Notes under the pieces: generated by a model
What the model was told of the DNA's origin: nothing
Database searches by the model: none
The model's input: only the letters and a program-made list of their open reading frames with translations
Program-made: the position numbers and the translations under genes
Assembly (NCBI GenBank): GCA_044342325.1
Contig: JBIIPZ010000010.1
Location: 1 to 64,000, forward strand
Length of the DNA stretch: 64,000 nucleotides
Source: Terrimicrobiaceae bacterium
GTDB taxonomy: Bacteria > Verrucomicrobiota > Verrucomicrobiia > Chthoniobacterales > Terrimicrobiaceae
Reading direction: 5' to 3'
Shown here: positions 8,325 through 18,661 of the stretch, piece by piece
Layout of the letters: every line of letters begins with the position of its first letter
How positions within the stretch are numbered: position 1 is the stretch's first letter

Positions 8325-11300
8325 GGTTTCACCTCCAGGGTTGTCCAGTTTGCGGGAGTCAGGCGCGCCTCGCTCGGCACATCCTCGACCACCATGGTGT
8401 CCTTGTTGGAGTAATAGGCACGGAGGATCGTCCGTCCACCGCCGTCGGTGCCGAAGAGCACACCGACATCGCCGCGTGTGGCCTGGCCGGGGGCGGGCTT
8501 GAATCCGATTTCAGCCAGCGGCACGGCCGCCTCGAGTTCGTAGCCCGTGGCGGTGCGCGTCACCGAGACCTTGGCGGAGTCCAGAACCTGCACCCGCTCG
8601 AAGACCTCCTCGCCCGTCGGGGAAGTGAAGGTCATCGGCGCCTTGGGTCCGATCGTCTTGGCCTGATAGATCACGCAAACCGGCTTGTCGTTTATCACGC
8701 CGAAGGAGAGGCGGGTATCGCCCGCCACCGGCTTGGTGCGCTTGGAATCCGCCGAGGGATCGGAAGCCAGCATGACATCGCAGAGATCGCCTCCCTTGAA
8801 GATCATGGCCGGGTCGGTGGAGGTGTTGGCCATGGGCGAGCGGTCGTCCACCTTGAAGGCAGCGTAGAGCGTTGTGTCATCGCAGGCCAGGGCCACCTTC
8901 GCCCCGCGTCCGGCACCGGCATCGAGGGCGACCGCCCAGTCGAACGCCCACTCCGCCGTTTTGCCATCGACCTCAATCCGGCCCGCCTTGCCAAGAATGA
9001 TCGGCGCGATGGAGGAGGCGGTCTTGGTTCGTCCGGCGATGGCCGATGCGGCGGCGAAATCCTGCTCCGTGATCATGAGCGGCGTCTCCGCCGTGCGGAT
9101 CGTTTCGAGGCCCGTGACCTCCCAGACGCGGGCGTCGATGTCGCCGCCGATGAGATAGACTTTCCCGTTTTTCGCATTGCGGTAAAAGATACCGGTCATG
9201 TTCTCGATGAAAACGGTGTCAGGGCCGGCACCGCCTCCGAGACGGTTGTCCTGGCAGAATTGATGGACCCAAAGGCCGTCGGTCGAGATCATGGAATAGT
9301 CGCCGTAATATCCGGGCATGACCAGAAGGCCGACCCCGTTATCCAGATCGGCCTGGCCGATGATTTTATTGACGGCGATGATGCGGCCGGGCTTGAAGAA
9401 CGGGGAGTCGGAGGCGAATCCCAGCCAGGTGTCGCGGTAAAGCCAGAGCAGCTTGCCGGTAAAATCGTAGCAGCTCACGCCGGCCCATTCGCCTCGCATG
9501 CGGCTGTCCCCCCCCTTGGCGTCGAAGCCATAGACCCGTTGACGCTTGGCATCCATCCAGATCGAGGCATCGGCCCCGCCCACCTTTGTGAATAGCGGCT
9601 TGAGTTCGGTGCGGGCGGGATAGATCGGCACGCCGGCAGCCGTGAATTCCTTCACGGGAAGCCGGTAGACGGATCTTCCGAGTCCCCAGAGCGTGAGGTC
9701 GTCCTCCACGCCGGTAAACGAGCACGAGCGTTGATCGGCCCATTCCCGGCGTTCGAGCGTGAGTTCCTCCGACTGCACGACGCCGTCGCCGTTGGCATCG
9801 GCCCAGGTATGCCAGATCTGATTCGGATGACAGAACGCATCCTTGGCAGGTTCACGAATAGCCTTCCACTGCTCCGGCGTGAGCCACTTTTCCGGATCGG
9901 GCACCATGCCATGGCTACGTTCCTCGTTGCCCCAGGGCATCACCGGCACGCAGGGAGTGTAGCCGAGCGAAGCGCAAGCCTGAAACCGGTCTCCTTTGCG
10001 AATAAGGATCACTCCCAGATTATCACCGTAGCCGTGGTCGAGGAACGCATACTCCCGTCCCTGCGCGTGCCGGATGAGCAACCGGGAAGCGCGACCGAAG
10101 TTCGCAACCGGGGTCCAACCATCCACATGGGGCCGCCAGAGGGTCGCAAGGCATTTGTATTTACCCGTCTCGTAATCGAGTTCGTATTCGACCATCTGGA
10201 CATTGATTCGCTCGGGATTCTCTGGGTCGATACCGCGGTCAGTCTGCGGCACGGAGGGACCATGGTAGTCCCCGATGTTTTTGCCCGATGTATCCCAGAC
10301 GCTCACGCGCCGTGGAAATTCGTCATTCTCGGCCACCCAGATCTTGCCGTCGGCATCGACTGTGATGCCGGAGGGCATCAGCAAGCCGCTCGGGTCGTAG
10401 GCACCGATCCAGGCCCTTCCTTCAGGCTTGCCCACTGTGCGGAGAAGTCTTCCATCCGGACTGAAAATCTTAACCTGCATGGCGGTGCCGCAGTCCGCGA
10501 CCACTGGGTTGCCGCTCTTGTCGAGTGCGAGCCCCCATGGGCGCGACAGTTGCCCGGAGGCAAGGGGCGTCGCCGCACCGGACCCGGAATCGATGCGCAG
10601 GAGGCCCTTGGCCGTGGCCGCAAGAAGCTTCCCGTCGGCCTCGACCGCGATGCCCGAAGGGGCCTCCGCAGGGAACTCGCCGGTTTTTTCGCCCGTCTTC
10701 CAATTGAGGGCGACGATCTTGTTATCGAGAAAGAGCGCGGCGTAGAGCATATCGCCCGAGACGGCGATACCGGTGAGGTTGGAAAGGAGTTGCTGCGGGC
10801 CTAAATCGCCCGTCTTGCGGCGCTCGAAGAGCGGTTTCCTTTTTTCGGTATCGCAGCGCGAAGCCTCCCATTGGGCAACAGGCAGGCTTGCCTTGCCGAA
10901 CGGGAATTTCAGCGCCTGGCCTGTCTTGGTGTCGTAAAGTGTGACGGCGGCGAAGCTATCGGTTTTGCCGGACTTGGCGCCGCCGTAGGGTTGCCCGTCC
11001 TGCGCGACAAAGAGGCGCGCGCCGTCGGTCGCCAAGGCGGTGAGCCCAAACCCGACATCACTGTGCATGGCGGGATGCGCGCCCCAGACCTTCTGGTAAA
11101 GCCCGTTGGAATCGAGTTCCTTTTTCACGCAAACCAACGCCGGCCCGGCCTCGCAGGCCCCCCAGCCGAGATAGACGAAATTCGCATCCGATGTGGCCGC
11201 CACGGGCGGCGCCCAGTCCCCGCCCCACTGGCCGAGACCGTCGTCGGTTTTCCACGGGGGATTTCCGGCGTTGTGGAGTGAGGCGATGAACTTCTGGCCG

Positions 11301-12406
11301 ATGCCCTGATGCGTGAGTTGCTTGAGCTGATAGGCGCCGGCGGGGATCGGCTTGCCATCGGCATCGAGACCATCCCAGTTCAGCTCGAAATCCGCCCCGA
11401 GCTGCGACTGGCGGCGCACCGTGACTGGCAGACTGCGGATCAATCCCTTTTCCTGGGAGAACAATCCCAGGCTGATGGTGGTGGCCTTGGGATCCTGGAG
11501 AGTGAGTTTAAGCTGGAGGGGATTGTCGGCTGGATTAGCCCCCGAGGCCAGATCCGGATTCGGACGCGGCTGCACTGCAGTCTCCTTGGCAAAGGTCGCA
11601 CGGCCCCAGTTTTTCGGGCCTCTGTCATCCGAGTCGGCAGAGACAACGAGATCCTGGTATGAGACCATCGGTGCGGTGCCCAAGGCATTTCCCCAAACGG
11701 GCTGGACGCTCAAGGCGATGACGGAGCCGGTCTGGAGGCCTCCGCCGCCGAACAGGCTTTTGAAGGCGTTCGAGGGAACATTCAGCAGATTCCAGGGAAT
11801 CAATGCCTCGACCGTGTAACCCTTGCCGTCGGCGTCCGCGGTAAAGACCGCCCCGGACTGCTTGCCTCGAAGCACGATCCGTTTTTCATGATTCAGCCCA
11901 TAATCGATGGTGAGTGCAGGTTCCCCCTTTGGCGAGGAACGCCAGAGGGTCACATGGCAGATGCGGTCGTTTCCCTCCTCGCCGCTATGGGGATAGGGTG
12001 CCGCCGGATCGCTGATGAGATGAAGTCGGAGCGCATCGCCATTCGCAGCATCCTGCGCGTTGGCTTCGGGGTCGGCCGCGTTGACCATCGGCGTGGGATC
12101 GACGAAATGCGCCGCTACATACAACCCCTTCTTATCGTGCATGAATCCGACACGCATGGAGAAGTTGGGATAGAGCGACGGGGAGTGGATTGTTTCAAGA
12201 AACGCATTGGCATTCCAATCCTTGAGGTCACCATCAATGGCCGCCTCTTTCGGAGCCGGAACGATGTCCACCGTGGAAAAGCGGGTTTGCTCAGCCACGG
12301 CAGCGCCTGGAATCAGCGCGCACAGGCAGGCCGCGATGGCGATTGCGGTTTTGAGAGAGGACTGTCGAATGGTTTCGTTCCGGATTTTCAGGAGGATTGT
12401 TTTCAT
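8321..12406 (-). CDS. Large secreted protein: CBM9/DOMON-like + FlgD-Ig + NHL beta-propeller + CBM9-like
   Basis: Signal peptide; IDGDLKDW...GYTVEALIPW; WDGLDADGKPIPAGAY; PSGITVDADGKIWVAE; VDGKTAEW...GYELEAAVP. Confidence 0.8.
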   Translation of the reverse strand: MKTILLKIRNETIRQSSLKTAIAIAACLCALIPGAAVAEQTRFSTVDIVPAPKEAAIDGDLKDWNANAFLETIHSPSLYPNFSMRVGFMHDKKGLYVAAHFVDPTPMVNAADPEANAQDAANGDALRLHLISDPAAPYPHSGEEGNDRICHVTLWRSSPKGEPALTIDYGLNHEKRIVLRGKQSGAVFTADADGKGYTVEALIPWNLLNVPSNAFKSLFGGGGLQTGSVIALSVQPVWGNALGTAPMVSYQDLVVSADSDDRGPKNWGRATFAKETAVQPRPNPDLASGANPADNPLQLKLTLQDPKATTISLGLFSQEKGLIRSLPVTVRRQSQLGADFELNWDGLDADGKPIPAGAYQLKQLTHQGIGQKFIASLHNAGNPPWKTDDGLGQWGGDWAPPVAATSDANFVYLGWGACEAGPALVCVKKELDSNGLYQKVWGAHPAMHSDVGFGLTALATDGARLFVAQDGQPYGGAKSGKTDSFAAVTLYDTKTGQALKFPFGKASLPVAQWEASRCDTEKRKPLFERRKTGDLGPQQLLSNLTGIAVSGDMLYAALFLDNKIVALNWKTGEKTGEFPAEAPSGIAVEADGKLLAATAKGLLRIDSGSGAATPLASGQLSRPWGLALDKSGNPVVADCGTAMQVKIFSPDGRLLRTVGKPEGRAWIGAYDPSGLLMPSGITVDADGKIWVAENDEFPRRVSVWDTSGKNIGDYHGPSVPQTDRGIDPENPERINVQMVEYELDYETGKYKCLATLWRPHVDGWTPVANFGRASRLLIRHAQGREYAFLDHGYGDNLGVILIRKGDRFQACASLGYTPCVPVMPWGNEERSHGMVPDPEKWLTPEQWKAIREPAKDAFCHPNQIWHTWADANGDGVVQSEELTLERREWADQRSCSFTGVEDDLTLWGLGRSVYRLPVKEFTAAGVPIYPARTELKPLFTKVGGADASIWMDAKRQRVYGFDAKGGDSRMRGEWAGVSCYDFTGKLLWLYRDTWLGFASDSPFFKPGRIIAVNKIIGQADLDNGVGLLVMPGYYGDYSMISTDGLWVHQFCQDNRLGGGAGPDTVFIENMTGIFYRNAKNGKVYLIGGDIDARVWEVTGLETIRTAETPLMITEQDFAAASAIAGRTKTASSIAPIILGKAGRIEVDGKTAEWAFDWAVALDAGAGRGAKVALACDDTTLYAAFKVDDRSPMANTSTDPAMIFKGGDLCDVMLASDPSADSKRTKPVAGDTRLSFGVINDKPVCVIYQAKTIGPKAPMTFTSPTGEEVFERVQVLDSAKVSVTRTATGYELEAAVPLAEIGFKPAPGQATRGDVGVLFGTDGGGRTILRAYYSNKDTMVVEDVPSEARLTPANWTTLEVKP

Positions 12407-12424
12407 AAATGTGGGGAGGCTTTT

Positions 12425-13336
12425 TTACAGATTGGGATTGGTAAAGATACGATCCGATAAATCGATGACCGCATGGGCATACATCGGGCGCTGGCGGTCG
12501 AGGTTGGGGAGGCCGTGAATGAGGGCGGGGACTTCGCCCATCGGCGTGATGATCATGCCGTGGCCGATGTGGTGGTGTTTCCTGCCGTCGAAGCCACACA
12601 GGTTCACCGCCGCCATGGCGCGGCGGCGTTCGATGCAGGTGCCGACAGATTTTCCCGGGAAGAACACCCGCTCCAGCCAGTGAAGATATTTGGCGCGGCC
12701 CGCCTCGGTTCTCAGCTCTTCCGTGGTCACGCGGTCTTTGCGCTCGCCGCCCGCGCCGACGGGCACCAGCAGCACTTCGACCCCCGCATGCTCGAGCAGG
12801 TCATCCAGGCCTGTGATCCCGCTGTCGGCGCAGATGGCTATGGCGCAGCGCACGCCTTTGACCTCGAAGAAGCTGAACTGCGGAACGCGCGGTTGCCCTG
12901 GATCGGCCGGATCGTCGGAGGGTCGCGCCGGATCGGGCGGGATCAACTCACCGGAGGAATTCAGCGGCAGCTCGGTCAACATCACGCGATGCTTTCGCTG
13001 AATGATAAACTGGCCGTCGGGATAAACGGCATAGTGCGCGAGATAGCGTTTGTCGCCGCACGCTTCCACAAACCCGGCGCTGACGACCACTCCGTTCTCT
13101 CGGGCCATCACAGCCAGCGCATGGAAAATCGCCCCCTCCCCCGACCGCTCAGCCGTCGCCAGCACCTCGGGATACGGCCCGTAGCCGGAGGCGCTCAACT
13201 CCGGCGTCAGCAGCAGATCCGCGCCATCGCGGCCCGCCTGCGCGGCGAATTCCGCGATCTGGCGCAGGTTGTCGGCAACCGCACCTGGTTGGCTGGTCGA
13301 GGAGCCGATGGCTATGTGTATTTGTTTCTTAATCAT
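12425..13336 (-). CDS. Carbon-nitrogen hydrolase (nitrilase superfamily)
   Basis: E-K-C triad motifs TPELS, QRKH and AICAD. Confidence 0.85.
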   Translation of the reverse strand: MIKKQIHIAIGSSTSQPGAVADNLRQIAEFAAQAGRDGADLLLTPELSASGYGPYPEVLATAERSGEGAIFHALAVMARENGVVVSAGFVEACGDKRYLAHYAVYPDGQFIIQRKHRVMLTELPLNSSGELIPPDPARPSDDPADPGQPRVPQFSFFEVKGVRCAIAICADSGITGLDDLLEHAGVEVLLVPVGAGGERKDRVTTEELRTEAGRAKYLHWLERVFFPGKSVGTCIERRRAMAAVNLCGFDGRKHHHIGHGMIITPMGEVPALIHGLPNLDRQRPMYAHAVIDLSDRIFTNPNL

Positions 13337-13480
13337 TTTATTTCCTGATTAACAAAACGAGCCGCCCCGTAATCAATCGATACTCGCAAGGGCATTTCAC
13401 AATGCAGTTTTCTTTCATCAATCAATCCAAGAAGAGTTCGTCAGTCGCAGAGTGAGTCGTTTCAGAGGAAGGCTTTCGGG

Positions 13481-14746
13481 TTAGCTTGATGCGGTTGAAG
13501 GCGCGATCATCTTCTTGCGGTAAATGAAAAACATGAGCAAACCAACTGCCATCAAGACAGCGCCAATGATGAAGAGCATATTGTAGTTGCGACCGGAAAG
13601 TTGGATGAACCATCCCGCAAAGAACAACAGGCATCCGTTGTAAAAGTTTCGAATAAACGAGAGGCTTGATGTGACGGAGCCCACCTCCTTGGGATCGGAT
13701 GTTTTATACACCATAATTTCCGCTGCGTTGTTCAGCGGATTGGAGATGGTCATAAAGGCCACATATAGAGCCAGGGTTGTGGCATCGTGAACCATGAGGA
13801 GCAGAACAAGGTTCAACAACATCATAAAAAAATACAGCAGCACCACCTTGAATCCCCCCACCTTGTCGATGAGCCAACCTGTCGGAAAAGCGATGAGGAT
13901 GTTGATGAGACTGGCCCAGGAGAGCGCTTCAAAAATATCCTTTCGCTCCAAGCCAAGTTTGGCCTTGGCGTAAATCCATGTCCAATTTTGGAAGACCGTT
14001 TCAAAGCTGGCGACCATGGCCACACCCAGCATCAGCCAGACTATCCGCCGATCGCGTAACCCGACTTTCAAGGCGCTCCAAGGTTTGAATGGCTCGGTCT
14101 GGGGATTGTGGATTTCGGGCTCCTTGATGAACCAGGCGGCCACTGTGCTGATAATCAGAACCACGGTGCCGAAGGCGTAGGGCACCCACTCGCCAAGCTC
14201 GATGAGATGCGGCGTGATGCGCATCGTGAAAAACATGATGATCCCCCCGGCAACCGTGAGTATACTCTGGGCACGGGCCAACATATCTCTCGCCACGCAG
14301 TCGATGTTCAATAACGGAAATGTCGAATTTTTAAGATTCGTGAACATCATTTGCAGAAGCATCAACCCCACCAGCGGAACGAGGGATTCAAAGACCGGGA
14401 AGAGGGCTGTGGATAGGATGATCGGACCCGCAGCTATAAATAGAAACGGCTTGCGGCGGCCGATTTTGGTCACGGTATGATCGCTCTTCCAGGAGAAATA
14501 CATGACGAGGAAGGAGAGGAGCCAGAGGTTGATGCTGCCCACAGTGCCGCTGTAGGCCTCGGTCCAGCCTTTTTCGAGAAGGCGAAGTCCCATGAGCGGC
14601 CCGGTCGCCCCCATGGCAACGCTCCAACCGATATTCGAGAAGCCAATAAAAAACAAATTCCTCCAGAGGAGGGGGCGATTCGCGTAATACGCGCGAAGTT
14701 CGGGTGTGTCGAGAAGGTTGCCTTTTTCTCCGATTTCTTTTGCCAT
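13481..14746 (-). CDS. MFS transporter (GPH/sugar-type)
   Basis: About 12 hydrophobic helices; SDHTVTKIGRRKPF and GWLIDKVG loop motifs. Confidence 0.9.
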   Translation of the reverse strand: MAKEIGEKGNLLDTPELRAYYANRPLLWRNLFFIGFSNIGWSVAMGATGPLMGLRLLEKGWTEAYSGTVGSINLWLLSFLVMYFSWKSDHTVTKIGRRKPFLFIAAGPIILSTALFPVFESLVPLVGLMLLQMMFTNLKNSTFPLLNIDCVARDMLARAQSILTVAGGIIMFFTMRITPHLIELGEWVPYAFGTVVLIISTVAAWFIKEPEIHNPQTEPFKPWSALKVGLRDRRIVWLMLGVAMVASFETVFQNWTWIYAKAKLGLERKDIFEALSWASLINILIAFPTGWLIDKVGGFKVVLLYFFMMLLNLVLLLMVHDATTLALYVAFMTISNPLNNAAEIMVYKTSDPKEVGSVTSSLSFIRNFYNGCLLFFAGWFIQLSGRNYNMLFIIGAVLMAVGLLMFFIYRKKMIAPSTASS

Positions 14747-14797
14747 AAGTTCTAATTTTTTATCCTGTTGAATATCATTGAGGGATCGTAAAATTTT

Positions 14798-14884
14798 TTA
14801 CAAAAAAAGACTCTCAATCGCGAGTCCATTATCGGCGTGATATCGCATCCAGATATCCTTCCATTCCGCGTAATCCTTCTCTGT
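14798..14884 (-). pseudogene. Orphan 3' tail of a homologue of the 17040..18578 gene
   Basis: Translates TEKDYAEWKDIWMRYHADNGLAIESLFL* versus TEQDYAEWKDIWTRYHAEHNLNISEK*. Bases 14835-14884 match 17071-17120 at 44/50 nt. Confidence 0.8.
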
Positions 14885-14940
14885 CCTGCTCGATGCGATG
14901 CAACCATTCCGGGATCTCTGTGGTTGATGGGGCATGAATG

Positions 14941-17043
14941 TTAGTTTGATGAGGCTATCAGAATCGCCACGCCTTCCTCCGCTGGGAGAGTCAGTTCCCC
15001 CAGGGTATCGAGCTCAATCTGCTGTCCGGTCCAGAAATCGTGCAGGGCCACGCCACGCCAACTTTCGCAAATCTGGAGGCGTAGGGGTTGCCCGATCCGA
15101 TCCTGCCGATCCGGCGCCAAAATGACTACCATCTCGCCTTGGGCAGTATTGACGGGCAACGCGATGGTTGCTGGATGTCCTGCCACGGGGCGCACCGGCA
15201 CAGTGATCTGTCCGGAAGCACGCCGCAGAAGGTATTCGATGCCCTGGCATTCGCCTTGGGCATGCACGAGAGACGGCCCCAGCACTCCGCGGCAGGCGAT
15301 GATCCGGCCTTTTCCAAATGGGCGCTCCAGCACGCAGGCTTCCCCATCGGCAAAGCGAAGGTCGTCCCATGCGGTCCACTCCGGGGAGAGTAGTTCCGGC
15401 ACCATCCTTGTGTGGATCATGCGCCCGGCCTGTCTCCCCCCGAGCGTCACCGCGTGACCGCCGGGAGAGGTTTGGAGGCCGGTGCCAAGCAGGCCGATGC
15501 GATCAGACCAACCGGCAGGCCAGGCGCGCTGTAATACCGCATCTCCGTTGAGGCGACCGCAGACGGCGTCGAACAAGAGCGTCGCCCCCGCTTCAACGCG
15601 GTCCAGCACGGCTCCGGCGAGTTGATCCGACCATGAGACCAGTTGGGAGACCACGATCAGGTCGTTCCCCTCCGCAAGCTGATCCCCGAGCCTTGCGATG
15701 CTTGTCGGAATCCCGAGCCTCTGAAGCTCCACGGCAAGGAGAGCCGCTCCCGATGCGCTGTCTCCGGCGAGCACGCCCGGCACCGGGCCGTAGGTCATGC
15801 GGGAGATCATCGTTTCGATGGCCTGCGAGTGGGGATCCATGAGCACCCAGGCGCGGGAACGGGCAGCGCTCCAGGAGCCGGTGACCTCCAGGGTTGCCGC
15901 TAGGCGGTCATGCACCCGTCGCACCATCCAGCTGCGCGGGCTCGGGCGGTCCAAGTCATTCAGCAAGGCCCAATCCCCCGCCTCGGCGTCTTGGCTGCGA
16001 GTGTTGAAGCACCAACCCGTAACCGATTCGGCCCCGGCCGCAAGAGCCGCCAGATGAAAGCGCGCGATCTCGCCGGGAGAACAATCGCAGGGGCGCATGG
16101 CGGACTGGGCTTGATTGCCCGTCTGCACCTCGGTGACCTCCACGCGCCGCACCGTGGGCACGGAGGCCTGATGCCGCACGCCGGCCGCAATGAGCGAGGG
16201 AAACTCATGACGCTGCGCGAAGAGAAAATGGAAGGGAGGGTGGAAACTTGCCCCCATCACCGACGTGATCGCCCCGAGCGCGTGCAGGTCGGTGCCGGCA
16301 TCGGCCTGGTTGGCCAAGTTGCCGGTCGGGTTGATGCAGGTCGGAGTGACGGGATCTGACTCGCGCACGAGATCGGATATCCACTGCAACTGCGCGGCCA
16401 GCCATGCCGCCCTGCACTGCCAGTCGTCCAGCCATGGACGGTAGCTCTGCCACTGATATCCTTTATGGATAGGCAGCGGGACGTCCTCGGGGAACGGAAT
16501 CACGGAAAAAGCATCGTAACGGGTGCGCCACCGCACGTTGAGTGCGGAGAGATCCCCGACGTAGCGTTGCTCCAGCCAGTTCCGCCAAAAGGTAAGCGCC
16601 GCCTCGCTGCGAATCCCGCTCTCGAACGGTTCGTTCCATAATACCCACTGACCGAGCGCCGGATGAGAAGCGTAGCGGCTGGCGCATTGGCGCACATAAA
16701 CCGCTGCGGCCTCTTTCTGCGCGGAGGTCAGAAAACCGGAGTGCGTGCTCAAGACGCTGGGAATCCCGATGTGGCTCGGCCCCGAGTTGGCCGTAAGGGT
16801 TGCCTTGATCTTGATCCCGTGCCGCGCGGCGGCATCGAAGGCGCTGTCGTAAAGACCAAAGTCCCATTGACCGGGCTCGGGCTCCATCCAGGGCCACATG
16901 ACGAAAAGGCGAACCCAACCGAAGCCGGTCTCTGCAGCTAGCCGAAAGAGATCATCCACGCGCGCCGGATCATCGTGCTGCTCGAGCCAGATCTGGGTGC
17001 CGAGCAGGGCGCGGGCTGGATGGGAAGGATTGGTAGTATTCAT
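14941..17043 (-). CDS. GH42-like (clan A) glycoside hydrolase / beta-galactosidase-like
   Basis: WPWMEPEPGQWDF, acid/base WNEP, nucleophile-like VTEVQ. Start moved to ATG 17043, which overlaps the upstream stop (ATGA). Confidence 0.7.
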   Translation of the reverse strand: MNTTNPSHPARALLGTQIWLEQHDDPARVDDLFRLAAETGFGWVRLFVMWPWMEPEPGQWDFGLYDSAFDAAARHGIKIKATLTANSGPSHIGIPSVLSTHSGFLTSAQKEAAAVYVRQCASRYASHPALGQWVLWNEPFESGIRSEAALTFWRNWLEQRYVGDLSALNVRWRTRYDAFSVIPFPEDVPLPIHKGYQWQSYRPWLDDWQCRAAWLAAQLQWISDLVRESDPVTPTCINPTGNLANQADAGTDLHALGAITSVMGASFHPPFHFLFAQRHEFPSLIAAGVRHQASVPTVRRVEVTEVQTGNQAQSAMRPCDCSPGEIARFHLAALAAGAESVTGWCFNTRSQDAEAGDWALLNDLDRPSPRSWMVRRVHDRLAATLEVTGSWSAARSRAWVLMDPHSQAIETMISRMTYGPVPGVLAGDSASGAALLAVELQRLGIPTSIARLGDQLAEGNDLIVVSQLVSWSDQLAGAVLDRVEAGATLLFDAVCGRLNGDAVLQRAWPAGWSDRIGLLGTGLQTSPGGHAVTLGGRQAGRMIHTRMVPELLSPEWTAWDDLRFADGEACVLERPFGKGRIIACRGVLGPSLVHAQGECQGIEYLLRRASGQITVPVRPVAGHPATIALPVNTAQGEMVVILAPDRQDRIGQPLRLQICESWRGVALHDFWTGQQIELDTLGELTLPAEEGVAILIASSN

Positions 17044-18578
17044 TTTTCTGAGATGTTGAGGTTGTGTTCTGCGTGATACCGCGTCCAGATGTCCTTCCAC
17101 TCCGCGTAATCCTGCTCGGTGAAGGCCTCGTAGCTCAGGCTCCCCTCGCCGAACACGCCGTGGGTAAACCAGCTGGCCGGGATGCCGGTTTCGGGCGCGG
17201 CCCGGAGCATTTTCCGCCACTCGCCGATGTCATACATGCACCAGCCGTCGGTGTTGATGAGCCAGTCGGAGGATGCCTTCGCGATTGATGCCCGGTAGCG
17301 CATCTGCTCGACGAGCGTCGGGTTCTTGAATGCGTAGTCGTTGAGTCGAAACACATCGACCACATCGGCAAAGTAAGGATGGCAGCAATGCGAAAGGATC
17401 ATGGCATCCGGCTTTGCCGCCTTGGCGGCCTCATGAATCAGGCGGACATACTCGTGGAGAAGCTCCATCCCCCATCTGCCGCCATCCGGACGGGTAGCGG
17501 CCCCGGCGGGCATTTCCGCCGTGAAATCCAGAAAGAAGCCGTCGAAGTCGTAGCCATCTGAGCTAATGAGCTGGGTCACATCCTCCTGGAGCTGTTTGCG
17601 AAAGGTCGGACTCTCGGGGTCGAGCGATAGGCGCTCCCCTTTGTCATTAAGGATGCACATGTGGGCCGGGGCTTGATCGTGCTTCCACATTCCGAGCCAG
17701 GCGACCACATGGCGTCCCGCCCGGTGGTGCCAATCCACATATCCCCGGAAGTCGGGAAACTTGGCGGGATCCGGAAGAAGGCGGTGGCGGCTGAGTTGCC
17801 ATTTGTCGCCCAGGCTGGCTACGCCGAGCGGAATCCCCTTTTCGTCGAGGCGTCCATACCAGCGCATCTCATTGGCCTGGGTGTCGTAGGACCCTATCTC
17901 GTCGGGAGTATTGTTCGCCATAACCCGGATACCACGCGCGTTGAGAAGATTACACTGCTCGCCCCACGCCTGTGAGAAAGGCCGCGTCCACCATGACGCC
18001 GGAGCGCGCTTGGGAGAGGGCGCCCATCCCTTTGCGCGCAGCCAGTTCGAGTAATCGGCAATCACCTCCTCGGGCTTGTCACGCGCCGCCTTGGGCACAA
18101 AGAGCGTGAAGAGATGCCCCTCCCCGTTCCACTGTCCCTCGTAGTAAATCTCCAGCGTGAATGCTCCCGGCGCGACGGGCCGGTAGGTCCAGCCCACATA
18201 CTGATTGCGTCCCGGTTCCGCACCGAGACCGATGCCTATCCATTTCCCTCCGCTGAGCATCGGAAAAATCAGGGGGGCCGGCGTGAAAAGCCATTGCTCG
18301 CCGAAGACCTGATCGCCGTGAGAGGAGCGTATTCCCTGGTGCGCCTGCAGCCAGCCGGGGATCCGGCGCAGATCGTTCATGTTGGGCGAGGCGGGGAAAA
18401 TCTCATCGACCGACGCAAAGCCATCCACCTGCACAACCACTTTGTTGAAGCGGTGCGCGACAGGCGTGCTGACCCGGATGCAAAGCGCCTCTGGATGTGT
18501 TTCGGTGAGAATTTCCAAGGCATGAGTTTGATCGGAAACCAGACCTGTGGCGGAGAATGCGAGGTTTTGTTTGTTCAT
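17040..18578 (-). CDS. Clan-D-like (GH36/GH27/GH31) alpha-glycosidase
   Basis: GDKWQ, PDPAKFPDFRGYVDWHHRAG..VVAW, GYDFDGFFLDF and FRLND motifs. Confidence 0.6.
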   Translation of the reverse strand: MNKQNLAFSATGLVSDQTHALEILTETHPEALCIRVSTPVAHRFNKVVVQVDGFASVDEIFPASPNMNDLRRIPGWLQAHQGIRSSHGDQVFGEQWLFTPAPLIFPMLSGGKWIGIGLGAEPGRNQYVGWTYRPVAPGAFTLEIYYEGQWNGEGHLFTLFVPKAARDKPEEVIADYSNWLRAKGWAPSPKRAPASWWTRPFSQAWGEQCNLLNARGIRVMANNTPDEIGSYDTQANEMRWYGRLDEKGIPLGVASLGDKWQLSRHRLLPDPAKFPDFRGYVDWHHRAGRHVVAWLGMWKHDQAPAHMCILNDKGERLSLDPESPTFRKQLQEDVTQLISSDGYDFDGFFLDFTAEMPAGAATRPDGGRWGMELLHEYVRLIHEAAKAAKPDAMILSHCCHPYFADVVDVFRLNDYAFKNPTLVEQMRYRASIAKASSDWLINTDGWCMYDIGEWRKMLRAAPETGIPASWFTHGVFGEGSLSYEAFTEQDYAEWKDIWTRYHAEHNLNISEK

Positions 18579-18661
18579 TGAAAGTTTCCTCCTTATCGCG
18601 GAAGGGAGCAGAGAGGAGTAAATTTATACATTATTATAAAAAAACGAAGGTATGGTTATTT

